Shown piece after piece: positions 52,910-63,749 of a stretch of 64,000 bases of DNA (position 1 is its first letter; each line of letters starts with the position of its first letter). The stretch is from Eubacteriales bacterium (GTDB taxonomy: Bacteria; Bacillota; Clostridia; Oscillospirales; CAG-382): contig JAZSFD010000107.1 in assembly GCA_045532035.1 (NCBI GenBank), positions 383 to 64,382 on the forward strand, read 5' to 3'. A model generated the notes under the pieces. It saw only the letters and a list, made by a program, of their open reading frames with translations. It searched no databases and was not told where the DNA came from. The position numbers were made by a program, and so were the translations under genes.

Positions 52910-55015
52910 TTATTCTTTGTTTTCTCCGCTTTCGTCGTCAGACTCTTCATCGGGGGTGTCCTTCTTTTCAGAGTCTTTCGGCTGTGCCTCTTCGATAAAT
53001 TCTCTCGGGTCAATGCCGAAGGGGAAGAAGAAGCCGTTTTCTGAAGCGTCGGGATTGATGTTATCGGTGTTTTCCTGCTCCATGGGCTTTACTGTGAAGA
53101 CCTGCTGACGGCGCTTCTTTTCGTTCTCGTCGTCGCTCTGCTTTTTCTTTGCTTCGGCGATGGCGGCAATCTCCTCGATGGTGGGAGTGGGATCGGTGTC
53201 CATGACAAACTTGAACTGATCTTCGTCCATGGTTTCATACTGAACGAGGAATTCGGCTGTCACACGCATTTTTTCTTCGTTTTCGCGGATGAGCTTTTCG
53301 GCAAGAGTGAAGCATTTGTCGATGATGCGCTTGATCTCGCCGTCGATGAGAGCAGCGGTCTCTTCCGAATAGTTCTTGGCGTTATTGAAATCGCGTCCGA
53401 GGAAGACTTCATCATCCGAGCGCTCGGAGGCAAAGGCGATGGGACCGAGCTTGTCGCTCATGCCGTAACGGGTTATCATATTGCGTGCGATCTGGGTTGC
53501 GCGCTGAATATCATTCGAGGCTCCGCCCGAAATGTCATCAAAGAAGATCTTTTCGGCAACGCGTCCGCCGAGGATCATGGTTATCTCTTCCATAAGCCCC
53601 TTTTTGTAAACGCTGACCTTGTCCTCAAGGGGGACGGTGAGAGTATATCCAAGTGCTCTTCCTGCAGGAATGATCGAGATCTGACGCACCGGATCGACCG
53701 AGGGAAGAATGTGTGCAAGAACTGCGTGACCTGCTTCGTGGTATGCTGTCTTGAGCTTTTCCTCGGGCTTGAACTTTCTCGACTTTTTCTGGGTTCCGAC
53801 CATGATCTTAAGGGTCGCTTCCTCGATATCGTTCATGCCGATGAGCTTCTTGTGCTTGCGGGCAGCGTGGAGTGCCGCTTCGTTGAGAAGATTTGCAAGA
53901 TCAGCACCAATAAAGCCAACGGTGGTCTGAGCGATCTTTTCAAGATCGACCGCAGCCTCAAAGGGCTTGCCCTTGGCGTGAACCTTGAGAATATCAACTC
54001 TGCCCTTGAGGTCGGGATAGTTTACTGTTACCTGCCTGTCAAAGCGTCCGGGGCGCAGAAGCGCAGGGTCAAGAATATCGGGGCGGTTTGTTGCCGCAAT
54101 TACGATAACTCCCTCGTTGCTTCCGAAACCGTCCATTTCGACAAGAAGCTGGTTTAATGTCTGCTCTCTTTCATCGTGTCCGCCGCCGAGACCTGCGCCT
54201 CTGTGACGGCCGACAGCATCGATTTCGTCGATGAAGATGATGGAGGGAGCATTTTTCTTTGCGTTTTCAAAAAGATCGCGCACGCGCGATGCGCCGACAC
54301 CGACATACATTTCCACAAAGTCAGAACCCGAGATGGAATAGAAGGGGGCTCCTGCTTCACCTGCCACAGCTTTGGCAAGAAGGGTCTTACCTGTGCCGGG
54401 AGGGCCCACAAGGAGAACACCTCTGGGGATGCGTGCACCGAGTTCATTGTATCTTGCAGGATTCTTGAGAAATTCCACAACCTCCTGAAGCTCTTCCTTT
54501 TCCTCGTCAGCACCTGCAACATCGGAAAATCTGACCTTGTTCTTGGAATCTGTCATGAGATGAGCGCGGGATTTTCCGAAAGAATTGATCTTTCCGCCCT
54601 TGCCGCCCATAGCCTGATTCATTGAAACGAAATAGATGACTACGATAAAGAGAAGAAGCAAAATTGTGGGAAGATAGGACACCCACCAGGGAATATTTGC
54701 AGGCTCTTCGAAATCGTAGCTTTCGATGACCTCGTTTTCAAGCTGTTTGTTGTAAAGCTCGCCAAAGTCATAATAGAACATATCAAGACTGCGGAGCTTG
54801 TAAACGACCTCCTCCTCTGACTCCTTCAGGGTGAGGATAAGCTCGTTGCTGTTTGTGACCTCAAAGGATTTGACTTCCTCATTCACAAAATAATTTCTTA
54901 TATCGCTGTATGTGACCTCATCCTTGTCGGTGTTGCCGATAAGCCAGTTGGTCAGGGCTATCATGGCGACGATGGCGATAACATAAAAAGCGATTACCTT
55001 GAAGTTCTTTTTCAT
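52910..55015 (-). CDS. ftsH: ATP-dependent zinc metalloprotease FtsH
   Basis: Two N-terminal TM helices, AAA+ Walker [14 protein letters not shown], Walker [12 protein letters not shown] region, and zinc motif HEAGHA. The C-terminal tail is acidic. Confidence 0.97.
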   Translation of the reverse strand: MKKNFKVIAFYVIAIVAMIALTNWLIGNTDKDEVTYSDIRNYFVNEEVKSFEVTNSNELILTLKESEEEVVYKLRSLDMFYYDFGELYNKQLENEVIESYDFEEPANIPWWVSYLPTILLLLFIVVIYFVSMNQAMGGKGGKINSFGKSRAHLMTDSKNKVRFSDVAGADEEKEELQEVVEFLKNPARYNELGARIPRGVLLVGPPGTGKTLLAKAVAGEAGAPFYSISGSDFVEMYVGVGASRVRDLFENAKKNAPSIIFIDEIDAVGRHRGAGLGGGHDEREQTLNQLLVEMDGFGSNEGVIVIAATNRPDILDPALLRPGRFDRQVTVNYPDLKGRVDILKVHAKGKPFEAAVDLEKIAQTTVGFIGADLANLLNEAALHAARKHKKLIGMNDIEEATLKIMVGTQKKSRKFKPEEKLKTAYHEAGHAVLAHILPSVDPVRQISIIPAGRALGYTLTVPLEDKVSVYKKGLMEEITMILGGRVAEKIFFDDISGGASNDIQRATQIARNMITRYGMSDKLGPIAFASERSDDEVFLGRDFNNAKNYSEETAALIDGEIKRIIDKCFTLAEKLIRENEEKMRVTAEFLVQYETMDEDQFKFVMDTDPTPTIEEIAAIAEAKKKQSDDENEKKRRQQVFTVKPMEQENTDNINPDASENGFFFPFGIDPREFIEEAQPKDSEKKDTPDEESDDESGENKE

Positions 55016-55054
55016 TAAACTGTTATATCACTCCTTCTGAAAGGTTATAGTGGT

Positions 55055-56485
55055 TTAAGCTCGGTAAAAGGCGATAACGGTGACATCTTTATTCTCCTGC
55101 GCCTTTGCATTATCGCTCGGTGCGGAAAACAGCGGAAGACAAAGAACAGTGTCTTTTGCCGTTTCGCTTTTTGTGTAAACTATCGGAACAAGATGCCGTT
55201 CGTCCTGCGGAATTTTCATATCGGCAAAAACCTTTTTCAGCTTTCTGGATATACTGCCGAGAATGAAAACATCTTTTTCCTGCCTTGGGCGTACAAAAAC
55301 GCTATTATCTATTATATCAGACCGAAGAGCCGCTTTTTTATACAATTTGTAAACAATATCTTGGTTTTTAATAACAAGCGGAAGAGTCTGATCCTTTTGC
55401 GCAGTCATGAAGACGGCGTATTTTTCATTTATAATATTTTCTCCGCAAACCAGAGGAATATCAAAAAAGAGGTCTTCCTTTTCGTTCCCGAAGTTTTCGC
55501 TTTCTTTCAGAAAGCAAAGACTGTCGGATGAGATTTCGGCAGAAATTTTTGAAGAAAGACAAATGCGGCGCTTCTTTTTATCGCAAGCGGTCGAGAAGAT
55601 CGCTTTTGCGATATCGTCGATATTTTTCCCCGACAAAAAGGCGCCGTCGGCAGATTTTGAAAAAAGCTGCCTTATATGCCTTTTGAGAAGCGACACAGGC
55701 AAAGCGCAGAGCTCTTTTGCCGACATTTTTTCTTTCCCAAGCTCCTCTGTGACAGACAAAAAGTATTCTTTGTCCTCGCGGGCACTTTCTGATAGCCTGA
55801 AAACCGCATCCTCAAGATTGGGGTTCAATTTCTTTAACTGCGGAATCACATTTTTTCGCAGAAAGTTTCTGGAATATTCTTCATCCGAGTTTGTTTCGTC
55901 GGTGACAAAGCTTTGACCGCAAGCGTCAAGGTATTCCTCCACCTCTTGCCTTGAAAGGCAAATGAGCGGACGGATGAAAGAGTCTCTTTTGGGCGGAATA
56001 CCGCAGATACCGTCGGCACCTGTGCCGCGGGTCAGATTGAAAAGCACCGTTTCGGTGTTGTCGGACATGGTGTGTGCCGTGGCGACATATTGTGCACCGA
56101 AATGCGCCTTTGCGCGCTCAAAAAAGTCATACCTTGCATTTCTTGCCACTGTTTCAAGACTGCCTTTTTCGCGTTCGCAAAGGGCAGGAATATCGACTCT
56201 TTCCGAATAAAAGGGAACCGAAAGAGTCTTGCACAAGGCTTTTGAAAACTCCTCGTCCCGCACTGCTGTCTCTTTTCTTATCATGTGGTTGAGATGGCAG
56301 GCAAAAATCGAAAAGGAAAGCTTCTCCGCAAGCGCCCGAAGAGAAAGAAGAAGCGACACAGAATCGGCGCCTCCCGAAAGAGCGACGACGATCCTGTCAT
56401 TTTCTTCGAACATTTTATAATGAAGCAGGGTCTTTTCCACCGATGATTCAAAATTTGATTTTGTTTCAGCTGCGTTGTTATTCAT
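55055..56485 (-). CDS. tilS: tRNA(Ile)-lysidine synthetase
   Basis: PP-loop VALSGGADSVSLL ~35 aa from ATG 56485. The start is uncertain; the ORF stays open up to 56575. It overlaps the dnaB stop by 8 nt. Confidence 0.85.
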   Translation of the reverse strand: MNNNAAETKSNFESSVEKTLLHYKMFEENDRIVVALSGGADSVSLLLSLRALAEKLSFSIFACHLNHMIRKETAVRDEEFSKALCKTLSVPFYSERVDIPALCEREKGSLETVARNARYDFFERAKAHFGAQYVATAHTMSDNTETVLFNLTRGTGADGICGIPPKRDSFIRPLICLSRQEVEEYLDACGQSFVTDETNSDEEYSRNFLRKNVIPQLKKLNPNLEDAVFRLSESAREDKEYFLSVTEELGKEKMSAKELCALPVSLLKRHIRQLFSKSADGAFLSGKNIDDIAKAIFSTACDKKKRRICLSSKISAEISSDSLCFLKESENFGNEKEDLFFDIPLVCGENIINEKYAVFMTAQKDQTLPLVIKNQDIVYKLYKKAALRSDIIDNSVFVRPRQEKDVFILGSISRKLKKVFADMKIPQDERHLVPIVYTKSETAKDTVLCLPLFSAPSDNAKAQENKDVTVIAFYRA

Positions 56486-57821
56486 TGTGTGTAGTGTCCA
56501 CCGAAATAAACTTTGTATACTGACCATACCAGCCGAGATCCGCCTTGCCGGTTGAGCCGTGGCGGTTTTTGGCAATTATACACTGGGCAGTATTCTGTTT
56601 TTCGGGGTCATCCTTATAATATTCCTCACGGTAAAGAAACATGATAACGTCAGCATCCTGCTCGATCGCACCCGAGTCGCGAAGGTCGGATGCCATGGGA
56701 GTTTTGTCGGTTCTGCCCTCAACTCCACGGTTGAGCTGGGCGCAGGTGATGACCGGAACCTTAAGATCTTTTGCAAGAAGCTTGAGGTTTCGGGAAATCT
56801 CACCGATTTCCTGCACACGGTTGTCGCTTTTTGAATCCGACTGCATGAGCTGGAGATAGTCGATAATGACAAGACCGAGATTTTTGACACGGCGAAGCTT
56901 TGCCTTCATGCCTGTGACGGTGATACCCGTGGTGTCGTCGATAAGAATGTCTGTTTCCGAAAGAACGGCGGCGGCACGCGCAAGGTTTGACCAGTCGTTG
57001 TCCTCAAGCTCACCGCTTCGCATTTTATAGCTGTCGATGAGAGCCTCTGCCGAAAGCATACGCGAAACGATCTGCTCGTTTGACATTTCAAGCGAGAAGA
57101 TGGCGACGGCTTTCTTCTGGCGGCAGGCAACATTGGCGGCGATATTAAGACAGAACGCCGTCTTACCCATACCGGGACGCGCGCCGACGACGATAAGGTC
57201 GGATTCGCCCATACCGATGAGAAGCTTGTCGATGCTGCTGAAATAGGTGGGGATACCCATTGCCGCCTGTCGGTCGGTGATGAGCTCCTGAAGATGGGAA
57301 TAGTGCTGCAGGATGACATCGCGGATATGCGCAAAGCCTTTGGAGTTGACATCTGTTGCGATGTTGAAGATCTTCTGCTCTGCGCTGTCGATGATGCTTG
57401 CCACATCGCCCTCAGCCGTGTATGCCATCTCCTCGATCTCCTCGGCGGCATGGATCAGCTTGCGAAGCATCGATTTGTCGCGGACGATTTTGGCATAATC
57501 GGTGATATTTGCCGAGGTCGATACAGAGTCGGCAAGAAGCTTGATATAATTCTTGCCTCCCGCCTCGTCGGAAACGCCTGCCTGGGTCAGAGCATCAAGC
57601 AGGGTTACGACCTCGATGGTGCGGCTTTGCAGAAAGAGTGCCTGCATAGCTTCAAAAATATTTTTGTTCTGCTCAAGATAAAAATCGTCAGAGCGGATGA
57701 TATTTGCTACATCCTTGAACCTTTCGGGATCGATCAGTATTGCGCCCAGAAGCGCCTGCTCGGCTTCGGTCGCAATAGGCAGACGCCTGGGACTGTCGAT
57801 GCTTGTGATTTCGTGAGCCAT
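56478..57821 (-). CDS. dnaB: Replicative DNA helicase
   Basis: DnaB N-terminal domain (PIATEAEQALLGAILIDP), Walker A GARPGMGKTAF, Walker B LVIIDYLQL. Confidence 0.95.
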   Translation of the reverse strand: MAHEITSIDSPRRLPIATEAEQALLGAILIDPERFKDVANIIRSDDFYLEQNKNIFEAMQALFLQSRTIEVVTLLDALTQAGVSDEAGGKNYIKLLADSVSTSANITDYAKIVRDKSMLRKLIHAAEEIEEMAYTAEGDVASIIDSAEQKIFNIATDVNSKGFAHIRDVILQHYSHLQELITDRQAAMGIPTYFSSIDKLLIGMGESDLIVVGARPGMGKTAFCLNIAANVACRQKKAVAIFSLEMSNEQIVSRMLSAEALIDSYKMRSGELEDNDWSNLARAAAVLSETDILIDDTTGITVTGMKAKLRRVKNLGLVIIDYLQLMQSDSKSDNRVQEIGEISRNLKLLAKDLKVPVITCAQLNRGVEGRTDKTPMASDLRDSGAIEQDADVIMFLYREEYYKDDPEKQNTAQCIIAKNRHGSTGKADLGWYGQYTKFISVDTTHNE

Positions 57822-57841
57822 TTTCTGAGTTCCTTAATTAA

Positions 57842-58291
57842 TTATTCTTTGGAGGCGATGACGACCGAAAGCTTGCCTGTGATTTCGGCATGAAGCTTTA
57901 CATCGAGAGTGTAGCTTCCATAAGCTTTGATGGCATTTTCAAGAACGATCTTGCGCTTGTCAACATCGATGTCATGCTGCTTTTTGAGCTCTTCTGCGAT
58001 TTCCTTGGAGGTTATCGCACCGTAAAGGCGGGAATCGGCTCCCGAGCTTGCATAGATCTTGACGGTAATGCCCTGAAGCTTTTCGGCGTTCTCTTTGGCA
58101 AGCTTTTTTTCTTCGGCGAGCTTATGAGCCTTTGCGGATTCCTTGTTTTTGAGATCGTTTATGATGGTGGGGGTGAGCTCGCAGGCGAGCTTTTTGGGGA
58201 AAAGGAAGTTTCTTGCATAGCCGTCGGAGACATTTACAACTTCACCCTTTTTGCCCTGTGCCTTAACATCTTCCAAAAGTAATACTTTCAT
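57842..58291 (-). CDS. rplI: 50S ribosomal protein L9
   Basis: [36 protein letters not shown] matches the canonical L9 N-terminus. Length is 149 aa. Confidence 0.95.
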   Translation of the reverse strand: MKVLLLEDVKAQGKKGEVVNVSDGYARNFLFPKKLACELTPTIINDLKNKESAKAHKLAEEKKLAKENAEKLQGITVKIYASSGADSRLYGAITSKEIAEELKKQHDIDVDKRKIVLENAIKAYGSYTLDVKLHAEITGKLSVVIASKE

Positions 58292-58330
58292 TTTTTGTAC
58301 CTCCGTATTTGAGTAAAATAAATTGTTTTC

Positions 58331-60328
58331 TTATTCTTTTATAACTTCGTCTATCGCGTTTTGCAGAAGCTGTGTGGCTTGTTCAATCGTTACATCCCGC
58401 AAGAGAGCGCCTGCAGCATCAAAATGTCCGCCGCCGCCCAAAGCTTCAAGGATGAGCTGAACATTGATCGAGCCGCTTGAACGAGCCGAAACATTGACAT
58501 TGTTTCCGACACGTGCCAGAACAAAGGTTGCATCAACTCCCGTGATGGAGAGCAGACGGTTTGCGCTTTTCGACGAAACGAGCTTTGTCTGGCTCGGATC
58601 GTCTGAATCAAGCCTTGTTGTGGCGATTATCATTCTGTCACGATAGATGGAAATGTTGTTTTCGATATCCGCCTCATACATGAATTCGTCAAGATTTGTG
58701 CGGAAGAAGTTTTGTGCCTCGATGGGGTCAGCGCCCTGCGAACGCAGGAAAAGTGCCGCGCTGAAGGTTCCGACACCTGTGTTTTTCCTGAAATTGTTGG
58801 TGTCAAGTATTATGCCCGAAAAGAGAAGCTCGGCTTCGATCTTTGTGAGTCCGCCGTGGGGCAGGGCATATTCGGCAATTTCGCATAAAAGCTCGGATGC
58901 CGAGGAAACAGACGGCTCTATATATGTGAGCTTTGGCGGGATTGCATATTCATCTTGAACCTTTCTGTGGTGGTCGATGATGAGATAATTCATGCAGTTG
59001 TCGTATATCTCCTTCGACTCGAACATTTCGGGATTGTTGACATCGCAGATGATAAGAAGCGTCTGGGAGGTTATCATATCCTGAGCCGTTGCCGCATCTG
59101 TGAAAAGATCATAGTAATAGTTGAGACCGCGCATACGCGAAAAGATCGGCTTGAGGTTCACATCGTGGATGTTGACGACGATCTTTGCTTCCTTGCCGAG
59201 GTTGGTGGCTATCCTTGCCGCCGCAACGCAGGAGGCGATGCTGTCATGATCGCAGAATTTGTGACCCATGACAAGGACATTTGAGCTCTTTGAAATGAGT
59301 TCGGAAAGCTCGCCTGCGATAACTCTTGAGCGTATTTTCGTCTTTTTCTGAACAGTTTTTGTTTTTCCGCCGTAATATTCGGTGGAGCTTTCGGTTCTGA
59401 GCACCGCCTGGTCGCCGCCTCGCTGAAGAGCAAGCTCAAGAGCGTTCCTTGCGGCAGCTTCTTTTTCGGCAAAAGAACCGGGAATGTTGGTTATACCAAT
59501 GGATGCCGTGATGGGGGTGGAGGATTCCTCCACTTCTGTTTCGCGGATGTTGTCAAGAAGGTCAAATTTCGATGCGACGATTCCGGCAAGATGCTTTTCC
59601 TCAAAGGCGATGATGTATTTGTCCCTGTCATATTCCTTGACAAAGCCGCCGCGGGCTTTTGTCCATTCGGAAATAAGCCTTGCCACACGCGCCGATACAC
59701 TGCGGTATTGATCCTGTGAAACCGTGACCGAATCGCTGATGTTGTCAAGCATTATAAAGGCGACGACGGCGTTTTTGTCGGCAAGCTCTTTTTTTGTGCT
59801 GACAAGCTCTGATTTGTCGCTCAGAACCACAAGACAGTAGGATTTGCTTCCTGAATTGAGAGCATATCCCGAGACCTCATAGTCTGTGTCGTTGTAGCTG
59901 ATCGAAAAGGTTGCGCCCGAATTGAGCTGTTCGATGCGGGCAGGCGTGAAGCTTGGGTTTATGGTTTCAGCGGCGTTTTTGCCGTAGAGCGAATGACGGG
60001 ATTCGGATGCCTCCACGAAGGCTGAATTGTACCAGCTTATATTTCCCTCTGTGTTCATGATGATAACAGGGGATCTGAATTTTGAAACAAAATCAAGGGT
60101 AATGCCGAGTATTGCGTTGTCCTCGGCGAAAAAGCCTTCGCTTTTCGTATCCTTTCTCAGAAGCAGAAAAGCGCTGACCACATATCCCGCGGTCATTACA
60201 AGGCCTGCAAGAATGAGCCAGGGGTTCACAAAGGCGCATATCACCGTATAAACCACAAGACTTACTATGGCGCACAAAACGCTTTTGCGCCAGGTCATTG
60301 CCCGCAGTTGTTCGAGCAGATCTTTCAA
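58331..60328 (-). CDS. gdpP: GdpP/YybT-type DHH-DHHA1 phosphodiesterase (cyclic-di-AMP phosphodiesterase)
   Basis: Two N-terminal TM helices, a PAS-like region, a degenerate GGDEF region, the DHH motif (GHKFCDHDS) and the DHHA1 motif GGGGH. The conserved yybS-gdpP-rplI-dnaB order is present. Confidence 0.85.
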   Translation of the reverse strand: MKDLLEQLRAMTWRKSVLCAIVSLVVYTVICAFVNPWLILAGLVMTAGYVVSAFLLLRKDTKSEGFFAEDNAILGITLDFVSKFRSPVIIMNTEGNISWYNSAFVEASESRHSLYGKNAAETINPSFTPARIEQLNSGATFSISYNDTDYEVSGYALNSGSKSYCLVVLSDKSELVSTKKELADKNAVVAFIMLDNISDSVTVSQDQYRSVSARVARLISEWTKARGGFVKEYDRDKYIIAFEEKHLAGIVASKFDLLDNIRETEVEESSTPITASIGITNIPGSFAEKEAAARNALELALQRGGDQAVLRTESSTEYYGGKTKTVQKKTKIRSRVIAGELSELISKSSNVLVMGHKFCDHDSIASCVAAARIATNLGKEAKIVVNIHDVNLKPIFSRMRGLNYYYDLFTDAATAQDMITSQTLLIICDVNNPEMFESKEIYDNCMNYLIIDHHRKVQDEYAIPPKLTYIEPSVSSASELLCEIAEYALPHGGLTKIEAELLFSGIILDTNNFRKNTGVGTFSAALFLRSQGADPIEAQNFFRTNLDEFMYEADIENNISIYRDRMIIATTRLDSDDPSQTKLVSSKSANRLLSITGVDATFVLARVGNNVNVSARSSGSINVQLILEALGGGGHFDAAGALLRDVTIEQATQLLQNAIDEVIKE

Positions 60329-60349
60329 GATGTGTACACCTCCGAAAGT

Positions 60350-61462
60350 TTATTGTTGAAACGATTCGTTGTAGCGTGTGCAATAAAAAATGCCGAGAAT
60401 GGTAAGTATCATGTTTCCCAGACCTGCGGGAAGTATGATTGCAACTGCTACTGCCGCGATCATAATGACGGGAATTGCGGATTTTGAGAAATTACGGCGT
60501 TTGAAAATATCGCCCACCTGCTTGATTCCGCACAGAAGAAGTCCGGGGGAAAGAAGGTTTGTGATATTCTGAAGACCATAGCCGAAGGCTCCGTCCGAAA
60601 AAATGGCAAGTAATGAGCAGATGAAATATACAAACACTGACACTGTCGAAAGACAAACCTCAAAACGAACACCCTCAAACATTTTTTCCGCATGACACAG
60701 CTTTGCCAAAGGACGGGTGAGGGATGCTGAAATATATCCCGCTACCATTGCTCCCAAAAGCAGAACAGACGGCAGGGAGGTGAGCATTTGCTTGATTATA
60801 AGATCGACAAGAGCGGGAATGTCGGCTGCATCAAGTCCCGAATAGCCGAAAGCTGAAGGGTCCATAGAGCCCAAGGTCTCGACAAGCTGTGCCTTTGAGA
60901 CATCAAGTGCGCTTGTGATCTGCGACAGAACATCCGACGGAGAAATGCCGTATTGAAGCTTTGCAGCAACAAGAGCAACAAAAGCATAAATGACCGCCGA
61001 AACCGCGCTTCCTGCCACCGCACTTGATTTTGCGCGGTCAGGACAGGTGTTGATCGCTCTGAGTATTGAAAAGGACATTCCTGCCGCGAAGATAACCGAT
61101 GCGGGTTGCACTGCGCTTTTTGTCACCGCAAAGCCGATTATGAATGCTACAAGGGGGACAAAAAACGAAAAATGATTTCCGATTCTGTATGAAAAAATGG
61201 TATAGATTGGTGCCGAAAGAATGAGGGCGATGACCGAAAAATAGCTCTTGTCAATGGCTGTGGTGCAGAAAAGCACAAGCGAAGCAAGAAGAAGCGCAAG
61301 ATCGAAGGGAGTGATCCTTACGGTTTTTATGTTGAGCTCAGGAGAGGTGCTTCCTTGCTCTTCGCCACCGTTAAATTCCTCATCGGGGCAGACTGTGTAT
61401 CCGGAAAATTTCAAAATATTCCTCCAAAAGGCACCGGGTGTGCCATAAAAAAGATTTTGCAT
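60350..61462 (-). CDS. YybS-like polytopic membrane protein (DUF2232)
   Basis: Multiple hydrophobic helices, and a position immediately upstream of gdpP as in Bacillus yybS. The start overlaps the upstream stop (TGATG). Confidence 0.6.
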   Translation of the reverse strand: MQNLFYGTPGAFWRNILKFSGYTVCPDEEFNGGEEQGSTSPELNIKTVRITPFDLALLLASLVLFCTTAIDKSYFSVIALILSAPIYTIFSYRIGNHFSFFVPLVAFIIGFAVTKSAVQPASVIFAAGMSFSILRAINTCPDRAKSSAVAGSAVSAVIYAFVALVAAKLQYGISPSDVLSQITSALDVSKAQLVETLGSMDPSAFGYSGLDAADIPALVDLIIKQMLTSLPSVLLLGAMVAGYISASLTRPLAKLCHAEKMFEGVRFEVCLSTVSVFVYFICSLLAIFSDGAFGYGLQNITNLLSPGLLLCGIKQVGDIFKRRNFSKSAIPVIMIAAVAVAIILPAGLGNMILTILGIFYCTRYNESFQQ

Positions 61463-63729
61463 CAGAAGTCAAACTTGACCTGCTGAGCGTTGATATCAAA
61501 AGCTTCAAGCAGAGTACCGGTGCTCGGAAGCTTTGATTTTCTGTATTTTGCGTATTTTTTCATTTCCTCCGAGCCGTCGTCGGCAAAAATGCTGACAGCT
61601 TCAAGCTTTATGCCTTTTTTGAGAGTAAAGACATAAACGCCTGCGGCGGTACGGGTGGTTTTTGCCGCCAGCTGATCGGAATTCATGATGATAGCCTTGT
61701 TCTGAGCCGAGCGCAAAAGGAACTCGCACGACGGCTTTTTGCCCTCTTTTTCGGGGACAAAGAAGATGCCGACGGCTCGACTGTCATCACTGTATGCGTT
61801 GGTGAGCTTCTTTCTGTTAAGCTTTGTGGCATACGAGTTGAGAGGGACAGAGACTGCTTTTCCGTTTTCGAAGAAGAAAGCCACACTGCCCTTATAATCG
61901 CGGGCGAGAAGCATTGCAAGAACGCTTTCGCCTTCATCAAAGCCGAGCTTTGCAGGAATATAATCGCCGAGTGCCGAGGCTTTGACGGTGTCAAAATCAT
62001 CGGGCTTTGCCTTGTAGCACTGGCATTTGTTGGTGAAGAAGAGAAGCTCGCATTCGCTGTCGGTCTCCTCGCGTACCACAACGAAATCGTTGTCCTTCAG
62101 CTTCTGATCCTCATTGTGGGGAAGATTTCCCTTGTGGGGCAAAAGCTTTTTGAAATAGCCTTCGTTGGTGAGAACGACGATGACGGGATATGCCTCCTTG
62201 GCGGGCTCTTCGTAGATCGGCTCGTCTTCGGTGAAGAGAAGCTGTGTTTTTCTTGCCTTGGCATACTTTTTCTTGATATCTGCAAGCTGTTTTGCAATGA
62301 CCGAATGGATCTTTTTTGGCGACGAAAGCTTATCTTTGGTGTCGGCAATGTCGGCTTCAAGCTTTTCGGTCTCTGCGATACGCTTGAGGATATATTCGCG
62401 GTTGAGATTGCGAAGTTTTATCTCGGCGATGTATTCTGCCTGGAGCTCGTCAATGCCAAAGCCTTTCATGAGGTTGGGAATGACCTGCTTTTCGCTTTCG
62501 GTCTCGCGGATGATCTTTATTGCCTTGTCGATGTCAAGAAGAAGCTCTTTAAGACCGTAAAGGAGATGAAGCTTTTCTTCCATGCGGCAAAGATTGTAAT
62601 AAAGCTCGCGTCTGACACATTCGGTACGCCAGGCGATCCATTCACCCAGAATGTCGCGTACGCCTAAAGTTTTCGGATTTCCGCCGATGAGAACATTGAA
62701 GTTGCAGGGAAAAGCATCCTCAAGAGGGGTCGAACGGAAGAGCTTTGAGATAAGCTTTTCGTGGTCGGCACCGCGCTTTAGATCAATGGTAAGCTTGAGA
62801 CCCTGAAGATCGGTCTCGTCGCGCACATCGGATATTTCCTTGAGCTTGCCCTCTTTCATCAGCTTTGCGATCTTGGCGATAATTGCTTCTACCGTGGTGG
62901 TATAGGGTATCTGGGAAATTTCGATGCAGTTTTCTTTTTTGTCGTAGGAATATCTTGCTCTGACCTTGAAGGAGCCTCTGCCGGTTTCATAAACCTCGTT
63001 GAGAGCGGCTCTGTCATAAATAAGAAGTCCACCTGTCGAAAAATCGGGGGCTTTTATGATTTCAAGAAGATCCGCCTGCGGATTTTTCATAAGCTCAATC
63101 GTTGCGTCACAGATCTCTCCAAGATTGAAAGAGCAGATGTTTGTCGCCATACCGACGGCAATACCGAGATTTGCCGAAACAAGAATGTTCGGAAAAGCGG
63201 TGGGAAGTAAGGTGGGCTCCTTCATGGTGCTGTCATAGTTGTCCACAAAGTCCACTGCATCCTTGTCGATACCGCTGAAGATGCTCTCGCAGAATTCGTC
63301 AAGGCGGCATTCGGTGTAACGGGATGCGGCATATGCCGTTGTCGAAAAGCGTTTTCCGAAGTTACCCTTTGAATCGATGAAGGGATGAAGAAGAGTTTCG
63401 TTGCCTTTTGTGAGTCTGACAAGAGTTTCGTATATCGCACTGTCGCCGTGGGGATTGAGATGCATTGTGGCGCCGACAACATTTGCCGATTTGGTGCGCG
63501 CACCGTGCATAAGCCCCATGTCATACATGGTATAGAGAAGCTTTCTCTGGGAGGGCTTGAAGCCGTCGATCTCGGGAATGGCGCGCGAGATGATAACGCT
63601 CATGGCGTAGGGCATATAGTTTACGCGCAGAGTGTCGGTTATCGCCTGGTCAAGGGCAGGTGCGGGCGGAAGAAGCTCGTCTGTTACTTTTGTTTTGCTC
63701 TTTTTCTTTGATGGTTTCTTTTCAGCCAT
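61462..63729 (-). CDS. Type IIA DNA topoisomerase subunit A (ParC/GyrA-like)
   Basis: YAMSVIISRAIPEIDGFKPSQRKLLY, HPHGD, and the active-site AASRYTECRL (catalytic Tyr). A C-terminal beta-pinwheel-like region follows. Length is 755 aa. No B subunit is present in the window. Confidence 0.85.
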   Translation of the reverse strand: MAEKKPSKKKSKTKVTDELLPPAPALDQAITDTLRVNYMPYAMSVIISRAIPEIDGFKPSQRKLLYTMYDMGLMHGARTKSANVVGATMHLNPHGDSAIYETLVRLTKGNETLLHPFIDSKGNFGKRFSTTAYAASRYTECRLDEFCESIFSGIDKDAVDFVDNYDSTMKEPTLLPTAFPNILVSANLGIAVGMATNICSFNLGEICDATIELMKNPQADLLEIIKAPDFSTGGLLIYDRAALNEVYETGRGSFKVRARYSYDKKENCIEISQIPYTTTVEAIIAKIAKLMKEGKLKEISDVRDETDLQGLKLTIDLKRGADHEKLISKLFRSTPLEDAFPCNFNVLIGGNPKTLGVRDILGEWIAWRTECVRRELYYNLCRMEEKLHLLYGLKELLLDIDKAIKIIRETESEKQVIPNLMKGFGIDELQAEYIAEIKLRNLNREYILKRIAETEKLEADIADTKDKLSSPKKIHSVIAKQLADIKKKYAKARKTQLLFTEDEPIYEEPAKEAYPVIVVLTNEGYFKKLLPHKGNLPHNEDQKLKDNDFVVVREETDSECELLFFTNKCQCYKAKPDDFDTVKASALGDYIPAKLGFDEGESVLAMLLARDYKGSVAFFFENGKAVSVPLNSYATKLNRKKLTNAYSDDSRAVGIFFVPEKEGKKPSCEFLLRSAQNKAIIMNSDQLAAKTTRTAAGVYVFTLKKGIKLEAVSIFADDGSEEMKKYAKYRKSKLPSTGTLLEAFDINAQQVKFDF

Positions 63730-63749
63730 AATATTTCCTTATCCAAAAT

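Noticed and set aside
55016-55054. Absence of hpt between tilS and ftsH (Bacillus has tilS-hprT-ftsH)
   Set aside because: This is ordinary lineage-specific gene-order variation. The 39-nt gap holds no remnant ORF.
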